A DNA stretch of 64,000 bases from Chrysemys picta bellii (lineage: Eukaryota): the NCBI RefSeq assembly GCF_011386835.1, contig NC_088807.1, forward strand, positions 23,870,001 through 23,934,000, read 5' to 3'. A program made the translations under genes and the position numbers. Every line of letters begins with the position of its first letter. Position 1 is the first letter of the stretch. The notes below the pieces were generated by a model. The model did not search any database and was not told the origin of the DNA. It saw only the letters and a list, made by a program, of their open reading frames with translations. Positions 48,861-60,500 of the stretch are shown one piece after another.

Positions 48861-49417
48861 GCGATCGTATCGCACGGCTCCGGTGAGGCCTTGGCTGGAG
48901 TCCCGTGTCCACGTCCGGTCACCACTGTGAGGAAAGCGGCGGGAGCCCCCCCCCGCCCCGAAGGGACCGGGTGTGTGAAGTTCGGAGAAGAGAAGGCTGG
49001 AAAGGCTGCCATGAAAACGCCCGGGACCCATTCTCGCTGCCCCGGAGGGCAGGACAAGAGGCGACGGCGTCACCCTCGGGCAGAGGCCAGTGAGAGGAAA
49101 ACGTCCTAAGGGGGTAAGAAAAGTCGGACGACGGCCGGGGCGAGGGGGGCCGCATGGACACCTGTCTGGGCTGGACGGGGGCTTAGAGCTGCTGACCCTA
49201 GCGGGCGTTTCTAGCCCTATGGCTCTACGAGAACCAGGCGGTCCCAACCCAGAGGGGCCGCCTCCCTAGCTAACCAGTCCCCCTGCCAGGGTGGCCTGAT
49301 GGTACAGACAAGGGGGACACTCTCCCAGCTCGGGGTGGGGTCTAGTGGTTAGAGCAGGGGGGAGGGAAAGAGCCCGGATGCCTGGGTTCGGTCGGGTCGG
49401 GCAGCGCGAGCGTCCGG

Positions 49418-52400
49418 CTAGCCGTAGGGCTGGCTCTCCATCCGCTCCTCCCAGCCCCGCAGGGCCTCCAGCAGCCCGGCCTCCCCCAGCGAGTCCGAGA
49501 TGCGGAGGTCCAGCTCCTCTGCCCGCAGCGATGACGCCCCCCTGGCCTGGCTCAGCTGGTGCAGGGTCTGCAGGACCGTGGGCACCACCTGGGGGGGGGG
49601 GAAGAGGGTTGGTGTTTGCGGGATTCCCAGCCCCCCCGAACCGATTCCCAGGGCTAAGCGGCTGGAGCCAGCTCAGAACCATCTAAACCCAGCCGGTGCC
49701 AGCCCCCCCTTCCCCCCCCCAGGACCTGCAGCTGGACTCACCCCATGGGGAGCGGCAGAGCTGGGGCTCCAGGTCTCTCGCTCTGGGGCAGGATGTCCAC
49801 CGCCCCATGGACCAAGCCCCCCTCCACCAGGGCCAAATGCCCTCGGACATTCTTTATGTTGGGGGTGGGGGGGGGAGAGGACAGGAGGGAATCCCCCCCC
49901 CCCCAGCAGGGCGGAGGGAGGGAGTGAGCCGGACACCAGAGGCGGACCAGGGAGGGGAGTGGTAAGGGGGGGGGGCGCGGATTCCTACCTGCACCATGAT
50001 GAGTTTCTTTTTCCAGGGGCGCCCCGTGTCCGGCCAGGCCTCCCCCAGGCAGAGCCACAGTTCGTAGGTGGGGGAGCTGCCCTGCCCCTCCATGAAGCAG
50101 ATGAGCTCTGGGGGCAAAAGGGGGAGCATCAGCCAGGTGGGGGGGGGGGCAGGGGTCCCACCAGGGCTCCCCCAAGCATGCCCCCCGCCACACCCCCTGG
50201 GGGCTCCCTCTCCCCCATACCTCTGACGAAGCGCGGCAGATCGTAGAGGGGGGTATACCCCTCCTTGGACAGCTCCCCGCCTCTTGCTCGGGGGTCTCCG
50301 TGCGCCCCCAGTAGGCGTGGAGGCGCCCCAGGCGGGTGGCGCACAGGGAGGATCCCTGCACCCGCAGCAGCACCCCGGCCCCCAGCCCCTGCAGCAGCCG
50401 GGCCGTGTACGAGGCCTGCACCTGGTCCACCAGCACCCCCGGCTCGGGCAGCACCACGTCCGCCAGCTCGGGCCAGGGGCTGGGCGCAGGGCTGGGGGGC
50501 ACCAGCCGGAAGCCCTGCGAGTTGGGGACCAGCGTCTGCAGCACGAGGTGCCCCCGGTAATAGACCCGCACCTCAAAAAACGTCACTGCGGGGAGAGAGA
50601 GTGTGAAGGGGGAGACGCTGGCCCCCCAGTAAGAGCCAGAGCCCCCCCAGCAGCCCCCCACTGCCCCCTGATCCCCCAGTAAGAGCCAGAGCCCCCCCAG
50701 CAGCCCCCCACTACCCCATGATCCCCCAGTAACAGAGCCCCCCAATGCCCCCCTGATCCCCCAATAACAGCCAGAGCCCCCCAATGCCCCCCTGATCCCC
50801 CAGTAAGAGCCAGAGCCCCCCCAGCAGCCCCCCACTGCCCCATGATCCCCCAGTAACAGAGCCCCCCCAACTCCTTATAGCCCCCTGACACAAACTCGCC
50901 ACCCCCCCACTTGCCCCAGAGATGTGGGTGCTACACAGGGCGGAGGAGGGGTCCTGACCATCCCCCACCCCCAGCGAGTCTGGCTGCAGCCCCAGCAGTG
51001 GCCAGCGGAGGGCGCCAGGACACTCACTCAGCTCGTTGGACCCCAGCAGCTGCTCCAGGGAGCTGGGGGCCGGCACCAGGGGAGGGAACTCCCCGAACCC
51101 CGGCGAGAGAGCGCCCCCTGGGGGAGAGACACACACTGGTGAGGGGCGGAGCCCGGGGCTGGGCTCCGCCCCCTGGGGGAGAGACACACATCGGTGAGGG
51201 GCGGAGCCCGGGGCTGCGCTAGCAGGGGGCTGCGGGTCAGGAGTGAGGGGCACAGGCTGGGCGGGGGGGGGGGCGGGGCTGGCAGGGCGGGGCTAGCAGG
51301 GGGCTGCGGGTCAGGAGTGAGGGGCACGGGCTGGGCAGGGGGGGCACGGGCTGGGCTGGCAGGGGCTGCGGGTCGGGAGTGAGGGGCACGGGCTGGGCGG
51401 GGGGGGCAGGGCTGGGCTGGCAGGGGCTGGGGGTCGGGAGTGAGGGGCACGGGCTGGGCTGGGGGGGGGGCACAGATGGGGATTTACCCACCTGTTGCTA
51501 CGTCACTGCCATACGGGGCAGCTGGTGCTAGCGCTGGGCCAAGAGCATCTGGAACAGAAAGTCAACTAGTTAAAGCGGGGGAGGGGCTGGGAGCCCGGAC
51601 TCCTGGGTTCTCTCCCCGGCTAAGGAGGAGGAGGAAGGGGGGGCGGTTCCTTGCCGGCCGAAGCGATGCAGGACCTCGCAGGAGAAGCCCTTCGGCCCGG
51701 CCTGGCTTGACTCGGCTCGCTGGCCCCAGGGCCCGGAAGAGCGGGGGCGCGGGGGGGAGGGCACCAACCTGCCGCCGGCCGGCGGGGAAAGGCCGGGGCA
51801 GGGCGACAACCGGCCGCTTCCCCCGGCCCAGGAACGAACCCTGCGCTGAAGCGCCCGGGGGCTGGACCATGGGACCGGCGCCGGCGGGTCCAGGCCGTCT
51901 CCTCGGCACAGACACGGGGGTCACTGCGGTGCCAGGCGTGAGCGGGGGCTTTACGGCCCAGAGAGACCCCAGCCTCCCGGCACCGCTTCGGGGCTCCGCC
52001 GTCTGCACTGGCGAGGGGGCAGGAGGGCCCAAGCGCTGGGGGGGCTGGAGAAGGCGCCGCCTGGGAGGCGAGGGAGCGATGAGGGGTCGAGGTGAAGGGA
52101 GTGGCCTGGGGCCAGGCCACCAACCTAGGGGCTGGTGCAGCTTCACCCAAATGAAAGGGCCAGTGCTCGGGGGGGCTGGGAGCCAGGACTCCTGGGTTCC
52201 ATGCAGAGCCTGGCGTAGCCAGCCCCTCACCCTGGCCTCTGGCCCTGCCCCCTCCCCCGGGGGCACTCACCCTCGTCGGGGCTGGAGAGGGCCAGTGCGT
52301 TCAGAATGTCGTCCAGCTCCTCGTCCTGGGGGGGGTGCAGAATTTGGGGTGTCACTAAGGGAAAGGGCCCCTCAGTACCCACCATTCCCCCGCTGCCGCC

Positions 52401-54010
52401 CCTCCCCAACCCCTGACCCAGGCTGCTCTGTTCCCTGCCCCCCCCCCGCCCCCCGGGAGCACTGACCTGGCTGGAGGAGAAGCTGCCCCCCGACCTGTCC
52501 ACGAGCTGGGTGCTTGCGTCAGCCTCGGTGCCCCCCACGGCAGCACTGGGGGCCTCGTCCGCACCTGGGGGGGAGAACAGTGCCACAGGCCCCCCTGAGC
52601 CACACACTGGTGTCTGCTTGAGATGGGCACAGCCCCCCCCATGCCCTTCACTCCCAACCCGCAGCCCCCAGGGGAGGGGGCAGGGCTGGAGCCTGGCCCT
52701 GCCCCCCCATCTCTGCCAGTGCCCCTCACTCCCGACCCGCAGCCCCCTGCTCGCCCAGCCCTGCCCCCCTCAGACCCCCCTGGTGCCCCTCACTCCCGAC
52801 CCGCAGCCCCCGCTAGCCTGGTTCTGCCCCCCCCTCCATCTCTGTCGGTGCCCCTCACTCCCGACCCGCAGTCCCCTGCCAGCCCAGCCCCCCCCCAGAT
52901 CTGCCGGTGCCCCTCACTCCCAACCCGCAGCCCCCTGCCAGCCCAGCCCTGCCCCCCAGCTCTGCTGGTGCCCCTCACTCCCGACCCGCAGCCCCCTGCC
53001 AGCCCAGCCCTGCCCCCCAGCTCTGCCGGTGCCCCTCACTCCCGACCCGCAGCCCCCTGCCAGCCCAGCCCCCCCCCATCTCTGCCGGTGCCCCTCACTC
53101 CCAACCCGCAGCCCCCCCCAGCTCTGCCGGTGCCCCTCACTCCCGACCCGCAGCCCCTGCTCGCCCGGCCCCGGGCTCCCCCGTCTAACCCCTCACCTGC
53201 CCGGGCCCCGTCGGGCAGGATCTCATAGACCTTGTGGGGGTCGGCGGAGTCCGAGCTGTGATCCCGAAGCACCTGGATCCCCGGCTTCCGGTTGAGGGCA
53301 GAGCGGAAGTTGCGTTTCCAGACGGAGGGCGCGGGGGCATCCTGGCCTGGCCGGAAGCTGCCGCTGTCAATGGCCCAGTCCTGGGGGGTTGGGGGGGGGA
53401 AGAGATGTAGGTACTTGGCAGCTGGGGAGGCCTAGAGGAGGCTGTGGGGTGGGGCATAATCAGGGTCCCCCAGACCTCACTTTTCCACCCCCCTCCCACC
53501 CAGGAGGGCACGAGGGCTGCGAAGTGGCTGGGATCCCAGCCCGCAGCCCCCTGCCAGGGGAGCCGTTCAGAGGGAGGGGGCTGGGTCCTGGCATGGGGGG
53601 CAGGGGGGACAGGATGGGCCCACAGGGCACCTGCTAAAAGGGGAGGCTTTTTAAAGCAAAGCAGCCTGGGGAACTCCCTGCTACTGGACGCAGGGAATCC
53701 GGGATCAGGGGTATAAACCCGGCCATTGGAGATCCGCCCCCCGCACCATCACTGGCAACGACGGGTCACCACAGCCGGGGTGGGGGGCGAGGAATCGCCC
53801 TGCCCCCATATCTGTGGGTGCAGAGGGGCTGGGAGGGGGGGGTACCCGGAATAGCTGGAAGTCCTCGCTGGAGGCGTCCTGCCGCAGCCCGTGTTTCCAG
53901 GGCACCCGGAACTGGGTGCGCCCCTGGTCCAGCCACCGCACCCCCGGGTAGCAGCCACTGTCCAACTTCCCCCGCAGCCACGGCACGATCAGCGGCTTCG
54001 GGGTCCCCAT
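49418..54010 (-). CDS. IRF3: Interferon regulatory factor 3, about 415 aa after correcting one frameshift
   Basis: Exons (-) 54010-53846 ([12 protein letters not shown]...[12 protein letters not shown]), 53380-53197 ([12 protein letters not shown]...DPHKVYE), 52564-52467, 52325-52271, 51117-51028, 50585-50221 ([12 protein letters not shown] association domain), 50107-49989 ([10 protein letters not shown]...KKKLIMVQ), 49588-49418 (GASSL...DLRIS). Tryptophan-repeat DNA-binding domain, pLxIS motif, and synteny with SCAF1 and BCL2L12. One nt is missing near 50275-50281. Confidence 0.93.
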
Positions 54011-54039
54011 CGCCCGGGCGCCGCCTAGGGGAGAGAGGG

Positions 54040-54710
54040 GGGCACGTGGGGGCGGGGCCTGTCCCCTTTCGGGGGCGGGGCCCACCCAAGGCAGGGACTG
54101 GCTTGGAGGGCAGGGAATGGGGGCGGGCCTGTCCCCTCGGGGGAGGGGGGGGCTGGGAATGGGGGTGGGGCCTGTCCCCTCAGGGGGGGTGAGTGGGCAG
54201 GGAATGGGGGCGGGGCCTGTCCCCTCGGGGGAGGGGGGGCTGGAATGGGGGTGGGGCCTGTCCCTCAGGGGGGGTGAGTGGGTAGGGAATGGGGGCGGGG
54301 CCTGTCCCCTCGGGGGATGGGGGGCTCGGAATGGGGGTGGAGCCTGTCCCCTCTAAGGGGGGCTGGGTTGGGGGGGGGGGCGGCTCTCATCCAGGACAGG
54401 GAATGGGGGGGCCGGGCCGGCTCTCGTCTAGCGCAGGGAATGGGGGGGGGGGGCCGGCTCTCACCCAGGACAGGGGCTGGGTTGGGGGGCAGGGAATGGG
54501 GGGTGGCTCTCACCCAGGGCAGGGAGGGGCTCAGTTGGGGGGCAGGGAATGGGGGCGGGGACTGTCCCCTGGGGGGGGGGTAGATAATGGGGGGGCCGGC
54601 TCTCAACCAGGTCAGGGAATGGGGGGGCCGGGCCGGCTCTCACCCAGCGCAGGGGCTGGGGGCGGGGCCTGTCCCCTCAGGGGGGGCTGAGTTGGGGGGG
54701 CAGGGAATGG
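54040..54710. repeat. G-rich tandem repeat (GGGAATGGGGGCGGGGCCTGTCCCCTC family) in IRF3 intron 1
   Basis: Visible tandem units related to the 41375-41830 array but mostly lacking the full CTCF-like core. Confidence 0.8.
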
Positions 54711-54718
54711 CCCCCCCC

Positions 54719-54830
54719 GTACCTGCCTGGCACTCTCCAGACGAGGAAGCGGCTCAGAGAAATGGAATCCGCCCCCCCCAGGTCACATGACTCCCCCCCC
54801 GCCCCAGCACGTCACGTGATCCCCAAACTT
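54719..54830 (-). promoter_or_regulatory. Candidate IRF3 non-coding exon / promoter-proximal element
   Basis: Minus-strand donor CAG|GTACGG at 54723/54722; GGAAG ETS core; GTCACATGAC at 54782 and CACGTCACGTGA (E-box/CRE composite) at about 54808. Confidence 0.45.
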
Positions 54831-56219
54831 TGTTACAATTTGTGTCCCTGCCGGTTCCTTCCCCCGGGGCCGGGGTCTGTGGGGGGCGCAGCCGCCCCCC
54901 GCGATTCCTGGGGGTTCCCCCTTCCCCCCACAGCTGATTGTGGGGCGGCTGGGAGTTCAGATCATGAGATCACCCCAGGCCTCAACACCCCCCCTCGGCA
55001 GAAGCCATCCAGGAGATGCAGCCACCTCTGGGGTGGGGCTGGGGGGGTGGGTATACGGGGTCCCCCCTGGGATGGGGCGCGGGGGGCTGGGTATACGGGG
55101 TCCCCCCTGGGGTGGGGCTGGGGGGGGTGGGTTTACGGGGTCCCCGCTGGGGTGGGGCGCGGGGGGCTGGGTATACGGGGTCCCCTCGCCCAGCTCCGAG
55201 ATGCGCCTGGCTCTGGGTGATGTGAACCAGGCAGCGGGAGCCCAGCCGGGCTGCGAGGCCGGGTCCTGCCCTGTGCCCGCAGCAGCCGTGCGCCGTGGGG
55301 CACTGACCGGCGTGCCCGGGAGCAGGCGTCGCACGGGGGCTGCATGCACTATTCTCAGCCGCGCCCTTGGGGGGGTCGCAGGCTGCAGACGGGGTCGGGG
55401 CCAGGGGCGCACGGCGGCTGCTCCCCTGGCTGGGCACGCGTGTTACACGCACAGTCACACGTGTGAAGCAGCGTCTGCCTCCCCCGGTGCCAGCTGCTCC
55501 TTGACACCCCCTGGGACACCCCCCTCCCCCGCCAGTCGCCTCCCGGGCCCGGGGCAGGACGGACACACGGACGCGGACACGTGAGTGTCTCTGCGCCTGA
55601 CCAGCTCCCCACAGCCCGGCCCCCCACTGCCCAGCCTGGCCCCCCACAGCCCGGCCCCCCACAGCCCGGCTCCCCACTGCCTAGCCTGGCCCCCCACAGC
55701 CCGGCTCCCCACTGCCCAGCCCAGCTCCCCACTGCCCAGCCTGGCCCCCCACAGCCCAGGTCCCCACTGCCCAGCCCCCCACAGCCCAGCCTGGCCCCAC
55801 ACTGCCCAGCCCAGCCTGGTGCCCCATGTCGCTGTGCCCCAGAGCCCAGCAGCCCCTTCTGGGGGAGCGAGGGGCCGGGACACCAGATCCTCCCCTTCCC
55901 CCTCCTCTAACCACTAGACCCCCCTCCCCTCCCTCCCCAGGACTCCTGGGTTCTCTCCCTGGCCCCAGGGCCGCCCAGAGGATGCAGGAGGCCTGGGGCA
56001 AAGCAATGTCGGGGGCCCCTTCCATACAAAAAGGTTGCAATACTACAGAATTCTATCTTCTCGGGGGCCCTGTGGGGCCCGGGCAAATTGCCCCACTTGC
56101 CCCCGTTCTGGGCCACCCTGCCTGGCTCGGGGAAGGGGGGGGGCTGGGAGCCAGGACTCCTGGGTTCTCTCCACAGCCGCGCTCCTCCCAGGGGGTCCAA
56201 AGCGCCCCGGGCCCAGCCC

Positions 56220-56420
56220 GTGGAAGGGGGCGGAGCTTATTGGTTTCTCTATATGCAAATAAGCAAGGCCCCATCCCTTTCCTCTCATTTGCATCTCGCG
56301 GCGCCGCCGCCTCCTGCGCCCAATAGACACGTCAGGGGGCGTGGCTTATGTGCCCCGCCCCCCGCCTCTAAGCGCCGCCCCCCACGGGCGGTACATGCTC
56401 CGTTTCCTGCTGCTCAGAAA
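56220..56420. promoter_or_regulatory. CpG-rich, near-symmetrical promoter between IRF3 and BCL2L12
   Basis: GC box (56226), ATTGG (56239), octamer ATGCAAAT (56253-56260), octamer ATTTGCAT (56287-56294), CCAAT (56320), CACGTCA (56328) and GGGGCGTGG (56336). Confidence 0.65.
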
Positions 56421-56519
56421 GTTTGTGAAGTTTCGGGCGACCCCCCCCCCCCCCCCCCGCGCTTCGGAAAGTTGAGAGGGGCGGGGCTGGGCGGGGGTAG
56501 TTACTGGGAAGGGGGTGTC

Positions 56520-57270
56520 GGAGGGGGAAGCAGTGGCGGGGAGGGGTGCCAGCGGGGGGACGGGGGAGGGGGAGCAGCGGGGGGGGTGGAAAGGGGAGGG
56601 GGTGCCAGCGGGGGGACGGGGGAGGGGGGTGCCAGCGGGGGGGGGGAGGGGGAGCAGCGGGGGGGTGGTGGAAAGGGGAGGGGGTGCCAGCGGGGGACGG
56701 GGGAGGGGGTGCCAGCGGGGGGGGGGAGGGGGAGCAGCGGGGGGGTGGTGGAAAGGGGAGGGGGTGCCAGCGGGGGGACGGGGAGGGGGAGCAGCGGGGG
56801 GGGTGGAAAGGGGAGGGGGTGCCAGCGGGGGAGCAGGGGAGGGGGAGCAGCGGGAAGTGATGGAAAGGGGAGGGGGTGCCAGCGGGGGAGCAGGGGAGGG
56901 GGAGCAGCGGGGGGTGATGGAAAGGGGAGGGGGTGCCAGCGGGGGGACGGGGGAGGGGGAGCAGCGGGGGGGGTGGAAAGGGGAGGGGGTGCCAGCGGGG
57001 GGACGGGGGAGGGGGAGCAGCGGGGGGGTGATGGAAAGGGGAGGGGGTGCCAGCGGGGGAGCAGGGGAGGGGGAGCAGCGGGGGGTGATGGAAAGGGGAG
57101 GGGGTGCCAGCGGGGGGACGGGGAGGGGGAACAGCGGGGGGGGGTGGAAAGGGGAGGGGGTGCCAGCGGGGGGACGGGGGAGGGGGAGCAGCGGGGGGGG
57201 GTGGTGGAAAGGGGAGGGGGTGCCAGCGGGGGGACGGGGGAGCAGCGGGGGCGTGATGGAAAGGGGAGGG
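56520..57270 (+). repeat. G-rich minisatellite (GGGGGTGGTGGAAAGGGGAGGGGGTGCCAGCGGGG) upstream of the BCL2L12 start exon
   Basis: Visible tandem repetition of a ~45-55-bp unit. Confidence 0.9.
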
Positions 57271-57516
57271 GTAAGTGGGGGGGAGGGTTGAGTGACACGC
57301 CTGCCCCCCCCCCATAGGTGTGATCCGGGGTGGCCTTGAACATGGGTTCTGCGAATCGCAGCGTCACCCCCCCCCCGCGGCACCCTGCCCCCCCCCTTCC
57401 CGCAGCTGGGCAGGGAGTCGCCCGGTTTGTGCACAGGTTGTGTCGGGGGGCTGGACAGAGATTCCCCCCCTTCGCCCTGTGTCTGATCCCCCCTCTTCCC
57501 CCCCCCAGGCAGGGCC

Positions 57517-60500
57517 ATGGCGGGGCCCCCCCAGCAGCGCCGCCGGCTGCAGGAGGAGACGCGGCTGGTGCTGGAGGCCTTCCTGCGGGGGCTCTGGGCC
57601 GGCGGCCCCCCCTGGGGCACGTGGGGGGCAGCTACCATGACCCCCACTGCTACGCGCACAGGTAAGGGGGGCGGGGCTCACCCCCCTGGGCGCATGCAGG
57701 GAAGGGGGGGCAGAGCTTATGGAGTCGTCCCCCCCCCCAGGAGGGGGGCAGCGGTGGAGGGGGGGAATGTGCAGGTTGGGGGGTGTTAGCCAGGGAAAGG
57801 GGCATGTGGGTGAGGGGAGGAATGGGGGAGAGGTTGCCTGTGGGTGCCCCAGGGATGGGGGGGGTCTGCAGGTGTGTGTGTGGGGTGGGATATGCAGGAG
57901 GGGAGATGGGGGTGGGGGGTGTCTGGGTGCAGGGGGGGATATGCGGGAAAGGGTGGAGGGCTGGGAGGGGGGGTATACAGGGCGGGGGGATATGCACAGG
58001 TGGGGGGATGGGGATATACGTGGCAGGGGGATATGCAGGTGTGGGGGGGCAGGGGGAGGGGGGAATATGCAGGTGTGGGGGGGCAGGGGGAGGGGGGAAT
58101 ATACAGGGCGGGGGACATGCAGGAGTGGGAGGATGGGGGAGAGGGGATATACTGGGGGAGGAGGGGACATGCATTCTGGGGAAGAGCTCCCTGCCCCCCG
58201 ACTCTCCCTGCAGGCACTCTGCGGAGCCGGGGGGGGGCTGGACCCCCCCTGCACGAGAAGATCAACCGGGCGGAGGAGCACAAGCACGGCTTTAAGACCA
58301 GCATGAAGCGGCTGCTACAGCGACGTACCAGCCCCCGCCGGGACCCCCCCGGCCCCCCGCCCCCCAGGGCAGAGCCCCACGAAGGGCCGAAGGAGGGGGG
58401 GGAGGAGCGCCCCAAGCGCGGCCGGGGGTTTCCCTTCAAGGGCGTGCTGCGGAGGAAGGGCCCCTCCCGGGAGGAGACAGAGCCCCCGCCTCGCCCCTCC
58501 GCACCCCCCAACTCCCTGCCAGTCACCCCCTGCTACTGCACGGACACCCTGAGCGCACAGCCAGACTCCCCGCCTCTGGGTAAGAGACCCACGGGGCCGG
58601 GAGAGAACCCAGGCGTCCGGGCTCCCAGCCCCTCCCCCCTGCTCTAAACTATACACCCCCGTCCCCTCCCATTGCCAGGGAGAGAACCCAGGCGTCCGGG
58701 CTCCCAGCCCCTCCCCCCTGCTCTAAACTATACACCCCCGTCCCCCCCCATTGCCAGGGAGAGAACCCAGGCGTCCGGGCTCCCCCCTGCCCTGACCCCA
58801 GCTCTCTCCGCAGGCCGGGCGGCCGAGGACCCGGAGTTCTACACCCGCGTGGCCCGGAAGCTGGACCGGCTGGTGAAGAAACAGCGGAGCGGCGCCAGCA
58901 GCCCCAGCGGGGTCCGGTCCCCTGGGGTCGTGGCCGGGCCCCTCAGCCCAGAGCCGGGCCCCGGGCCCCCAGGTGAGCAGGGGCCTTGGTCCTCCCCCCC
59001 ACCCCCCGGGGGCAGCTCTGGGTCACAGGCCTGTGTCTCTCCCCCAGCCCCCCCGGAGCCGGCCAGCGAGACGCACAAGGAGCAGGTCATCCAGAGACTG
59101 GTGGCGCTGCTGGAGGAGCAAGCCGGGGTCATCAACGACGAGGTGCCGACCCGGTGCCCCCTCTCCCACCCCGCAGCCCCTCCGGCCCTGCCCCCTCCAA
59201 CCCCGCCGGTGCCCCCGCTCCCGCCCCGCAGCCCAGCCCTGCCCTGCCGCCTCCAACCCCGCCGGTGCCCCCTCTCCCGCCCCGCAGCCCCTCCAGTGTC
59301 CCTCACTCCCGCTCGCCCGGCCCTGCCCCCTCCAGCCCCGCCGGTGCCCCCCCTCCCGCCCCGCAGCCCAGCCCTGCCCTGCCCCCTCCAACCCCGCCGG
59401 TGCCCCGCTCCCGCCCCGCAGCCCCTGCGCGCCCGGCACTGCCCCCTCCAGCCCTGCCGGTGCCCCCGCTCCCGCCCCGCAGCCCAGCCCGGCCCTGCCC
59501 CCTCCAGCCCCGCCGGTGCCCCCGCTCCCGCCCCGCAGCCCCCGCTCGCCCGGCCCTGCCCCCTCCAACCCCGCCAGTGCCCCCTCTCCCGCCCCGCAGC
59601 CCAGCCCGGCCCTGCCCCCTCCAGCCCTGCCGGTGCTCCTCACTCCCGCCCCGCAGCCCAGCCCTGCCCTGCCCCCTCCAACCCCGCCAGTGCCCCCACT
59701 CCCGCCCCGCAGCCCCCGCTCGCCCGGCACTGCCCCCTCCAGCCCTGCCGGTGCCCCCACTCCCGCCCCGCAGCCCCTCCAGCCCTGCCCTGCCCCCTCC
59801 AGCCCCGCCGGTGCCCCCACTCCCGCCCCGCAGCCCTCGCTCGCCTGGCACTGCCCCCTCCAGCCCTGCCGGTGCCCCCGCTCCCGCCCCGCAGCCCCCG
59901 CTCGCCCGGCCCTGCCCCCTCCAGCCCCGCCGGTGCCCCCTCGCCCGCCCCGCAGCCCCCGCTCGCCTGGCACTGCCCCCTCCAACCCCGCCGGTGCCCC
60001 TCTCCCGCCCCGCAGCCCCCGCTCGCCCGGCCCTGCCCCTCCAGCCCCGCCGGTGCCCCCTCTCCCGCCCCGCAGCCCCCGCTCGCCCGGCCCTGCCCCT
60101 CCAAGCCCCGCCGGTGCCCCCGCTCCCGCCCCGCAGCCCCTGCGCGCCCGGCCCTGGTGACCCCCCCAGCCCCGCCGGTGCCCCCGCTCCCGCCCCGCAG
60201 CCCCTGCGTGCCCGGCCCTGCTGACCCCTCCAGCCCCACCGGTGCCCCCGCTCCCGCCCTGCAGCCCCCTGCCAGCCCTGTCCTGCCCCCCCCCCCAGCC
60301 CCGCCGGTGCCCCTCACTCCCGCCCCGCAGCCCCTCCAGTGTCCCTCACTCCCGTTCGCCCAGCACTGCCCCCTCCAGCCCCGCCGGTGCCCCCTCTCCC
60401 GCCCCGCAGCCCCCTGCCAGCCCTGTCCTGCCCCCCCCCAGCCCCGCCGGTGCCCCCTCTCCCGCCCCGCAGCCCCCTGCCAGCCCTGCCCTGGTGACCC

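Noticed and set aside
49418-54010. Assignment to IRF7
   Set aside because: The N-terminus [12 protein letters not shown], the GASSL...DLxIS tail and the SCAF1/BCL2L12 neighbours identify IRF3.
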